Positions 61,401 to 64,000 of a stretch of DNA of 64,000 nt are shown piece after piece; positions within the stretch are counted from its first letter, which is position 1; the number at the start of each line of letters is the position of its first letter. The stretch is from Narcine bancroftii (taxonomy: Eukaryota). Both the position numbers and the translations under genes were made by a program. The stretch covers positions 249,674,001-249,738,000 of the forward strand of contig NC_091469.1 in assembly GCF_036971445.1 (NCBI RefSeq), read 5' to 3'. Under the pieces are notes generated by a model. That model saw nothing but the letters and a program-made list of their open reading frames with translations, was not told the origin of the DNA and searched no databases.

Positions 61401-63282
61401 GCTATTGAAGAATTTTTATCTGGTTTAACTTTGCCTTCTTTAAATGATAGGGATGTTAAGGATTTAGATGCTCATTTTACTGTTAATGAATTAACAGAGG
61501 CACTTCAAAATATGCCGAGTGGTAAGTCTCCAGGCGATGATGGGTTTAACCTCTGAATTTTATAAGGAGTTTCAAAATTTATTAGTCCCTTTGTTGATGG
61601 AGATTCTAGATCAAGTGGGTAAAGTTTGTTCCTTACTCTAAAGCAATTACAGGTACATAATCCTTTATCTGGATATCTAAAATCTGGAAAGCTCCAAAAA
61701 CTGGCAAGTGGGGAGAGAGATGGCAGCACAAGTCAGGCAGGCGATGGCGAGAGACCAGCAGCGCAAGTCAGGTGGGCAAGAGACCGGTAGCATGAGTCAG
61801 GCAGGTGGGTGGAAACGGAGGCATGACTGGAAGGGGGTGATGTGGATACGGCAGCATAATTCAGGTGGGCTTAAATCTGGATTTCTGAAATCCGGAAAAA
61901 TCCAAAATTTGAAAAACACTGCCCCCCCCAAGAGTTCCAGATAAAGGATTGTGTACCTATATTACTGTTATTCCTAAGAAGGATAGGGATCCTTTGAATG
62001 TGGGATCATATAGACCTATTTCTTTGTTAAATGTGGATTATAAGATAGAAGCCAAGATTCTGGCTAATAGATTGGCAAAATATCTACCTGATTTGGTTCG
62101 TGAATCAGATAGCTTTTATTAAGAACCATTATTCAACAGATAATGTAGTAAAATTGAGTTCTTTGATTAATACTTCACAGCAGCGCAATCTGACCAACCG
62201 ATGGTAATTTCTTTGGATTCTGAAAAGGCCTTTGATAGAGTTGAGTGGAATTTTTTGTTTAAGGTCTTGAAAAGTTTAATTTTGGGCCTCTTTTTACTGG
62301 TTGGGTTAAGGCTTTATATAAAAATCCTACAGTGAGAATGGTGACAAATGGACAAATATCTTTACCTTTTGCATGATCTAGATCAACTAGACAGGGTTGT
62401 CCTTTGTCACCAGCTCTGTTTGCATTAGTTATTACTGGTGTAGATGATCAGGCAGGATAAAGCTAAAGCAGGTATTAGGGTGAATTCTAATGAATACAAG
62501 ATAAATATGTTTGCAGATGATGTGTTGATATATTTAACACATTATTCACAGTCTTTGGAGATCTTACATGAACATTTGGAACAGTATGGAGTGTTATCTG
62601 GTTATAAAGTAAATTGGGAGAAGAGGGAGATTATGTCTTTGGTGGAGATGGATTATTTGTCGTGCAGACAGATTGTGAAGTTTAGATGGTCTGATCATAT
62701 TAAATATTTGGGTATTATTATTGATAATAATTATGATCATTTATTCACATTGAATTATTTACCATTACTGGCTAGAATTAAAGATGACTTCAATAGGTGG
62801 AAGGATTTACCAATAATGTTGGTGGGATGGGTGAATTGCATTAAGATGAATATCTTTCCTTGAATTCAGTATTTGTTTCAATCTATTCCATGTAAGATAC
62901 CTTATAATTTTTTTTTTAAGGATTTAAATTCTTTGGTAAGAAAGTTTCTGTGGAAAGATAAAATGGCGAGAGATTCATTACAAAAATTAACATGGAAATG
63001 TGCATTAGGAGGTTTACAACTACTGAATTTTAAAAATTATTATGAATCAGCTCAGTTAAAATTTATAAATAGGATGTTTTAAGTGGATTTGGGCCACTAT
63101 TGAATTATCTCAGATTGGTGAAAAGAAAATGGATCAATTTATTTATCGATGGAATTCTCAGTTATTACTTAGTTATAATTTACCGGTATTGAAACATTTG
63201 TTTTTGTTATTGGCAGATAAGAATGAACTTTTAGGGATGGAAGGTAAAATTTCAGCAAAGACACCTTTATTTCAAAATAGAC
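58455..63282 (+). mobile_element. Decayed near-full-length L1 (ORF1 and ORF2)
   Basis: ORF1 coiled coil and LENQSWRNNVKVVGFPE, ELNRAH, FRYP; ORF2 from ~60172 (INVNGLN, QETH, NVYAPN, GGDFN, KSPGDDG, YRPISLLN, EKAFD, RQGCPLSP, FADD); many stops. Confidence 0.88.
61650..61959. mobile_element. Tc1/mariner (pogo/Tigger-like) MITE
   Basis: ~24-bp TIRs CAGGTACATAATCCTTTATCTGGA / TCCAGATAAAGGATTGTGTACCTA, TA duplication; removal restores L1 peptide KAIITVIPKK. Confidence 0.88.
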
Positions 63283-64000
63283 TGTAATGGAGGATTAAAA
63301 CCATGTGCCCAGATGCTTTTTGCTTATGTGGAACTGACGACACTGGGTCCACACTCAGGTCACGTTACTTTCAGAACTAGCAGATGTAATTAAACTCAGC
63401 CATAGGGATTTATCTGAAGATACACTTTGAAATGGAATTCCACTGTGAGGCCCAGGGAAAGCAGTTGTCAAATGCGACACTCTGAAATTGACGAATTGGT
63501 CACAACCTGTCTTGCTCGAGAAGTTTTAATAAGTCTTTGTATCTACGAGATAAACCAGGAAATCATAACATCCTGGTTCCATAATAATTAATCTTCTAAA
63601 TTGTAGAATAGCATGTTCAGTTTTGATTTTGACTGACAAATGGTAGAAGGAGTAGGCGCATGATTAATTGTTTTTGGGGTATATAAGCCTGTGGTCCTGC
63701 TGCTGAAGTTTAGACTCTCCGAGGGGTGGGAACACCCCTTGTCAAGAAGGAAGAACAGCCAGAGTCCGAGCAACGTCCCGGTCGGGGGAGGTGGAGAAGC
63801 TGCTACCGGTGCCCTGACAACCTACTACAAGTGTGCAGTCGTTGCCTCGCTTCGGCAGTTGGGACCAGTCCAAGCGTTGATAAGTATAGTTGGGAAGGGC
63901 TTGCATATTGTAGTGTGAAATCAGCTTTTGAATTAGTAATAAACATTTGTATAAACTGAACTGCTCTCGGTGTGTGTGTCTATTTTCTTCCGGTAGCTCA
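63283..64000 (+). mobile_element. Probable LTR, cut by the window end
   Basis: L1 similarity stops abruptly at TGTAATGG; TATATAA ~63680, AATAAA 63938-63943. Confidence 0.6.

Overview
Vertebrate genomic DNA, most likely from a cartilaginous fish (inferred from the repeat repertoire: CR1, Rex1/Babar, RTE, AT-rich L1, Penelope, HE1/V-SINE-like). One host gene is visible: the 5' end of cardiac myosin-binding protein C (MYBPC3) on the minus strand. Five coding exons (28372-28396, 23617-23883, 1347-1610, 983-1131, 462-579) encode C0, the linker and C1, and the gene continues off the left edge. The 22-kb second intron holds a very young class I (epsilon-like) endogenous retrovirus (9060-19654): 769-bp near-identical LTRs, 4-bp TSD, tRNA-Trp PBS, UGA-readthrough gag-pol, a 2H-phosphoesterase-like insert between protease and RT, and a truncated env. 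It sits inside a ~59-bp minisatellite and has a 5'-inverted RTE LINE in its 5' LTR. Upstream of the gene are an 8-kb CA-rich satellite, a second 5'-inverted RTE, a decayed Gypsy element, and nested L1, CR1, RTE, Rex1, MITE and LTR relics with one assembly gap. The Gypsy has no tRNA PBS; a 13-nt perfect complement of its own LTR poly(A)-signal region sits there instead (candidate self-priming), and its RT motif is YLDN. Most short ORFs in the track are repeat or antisense artefacts.
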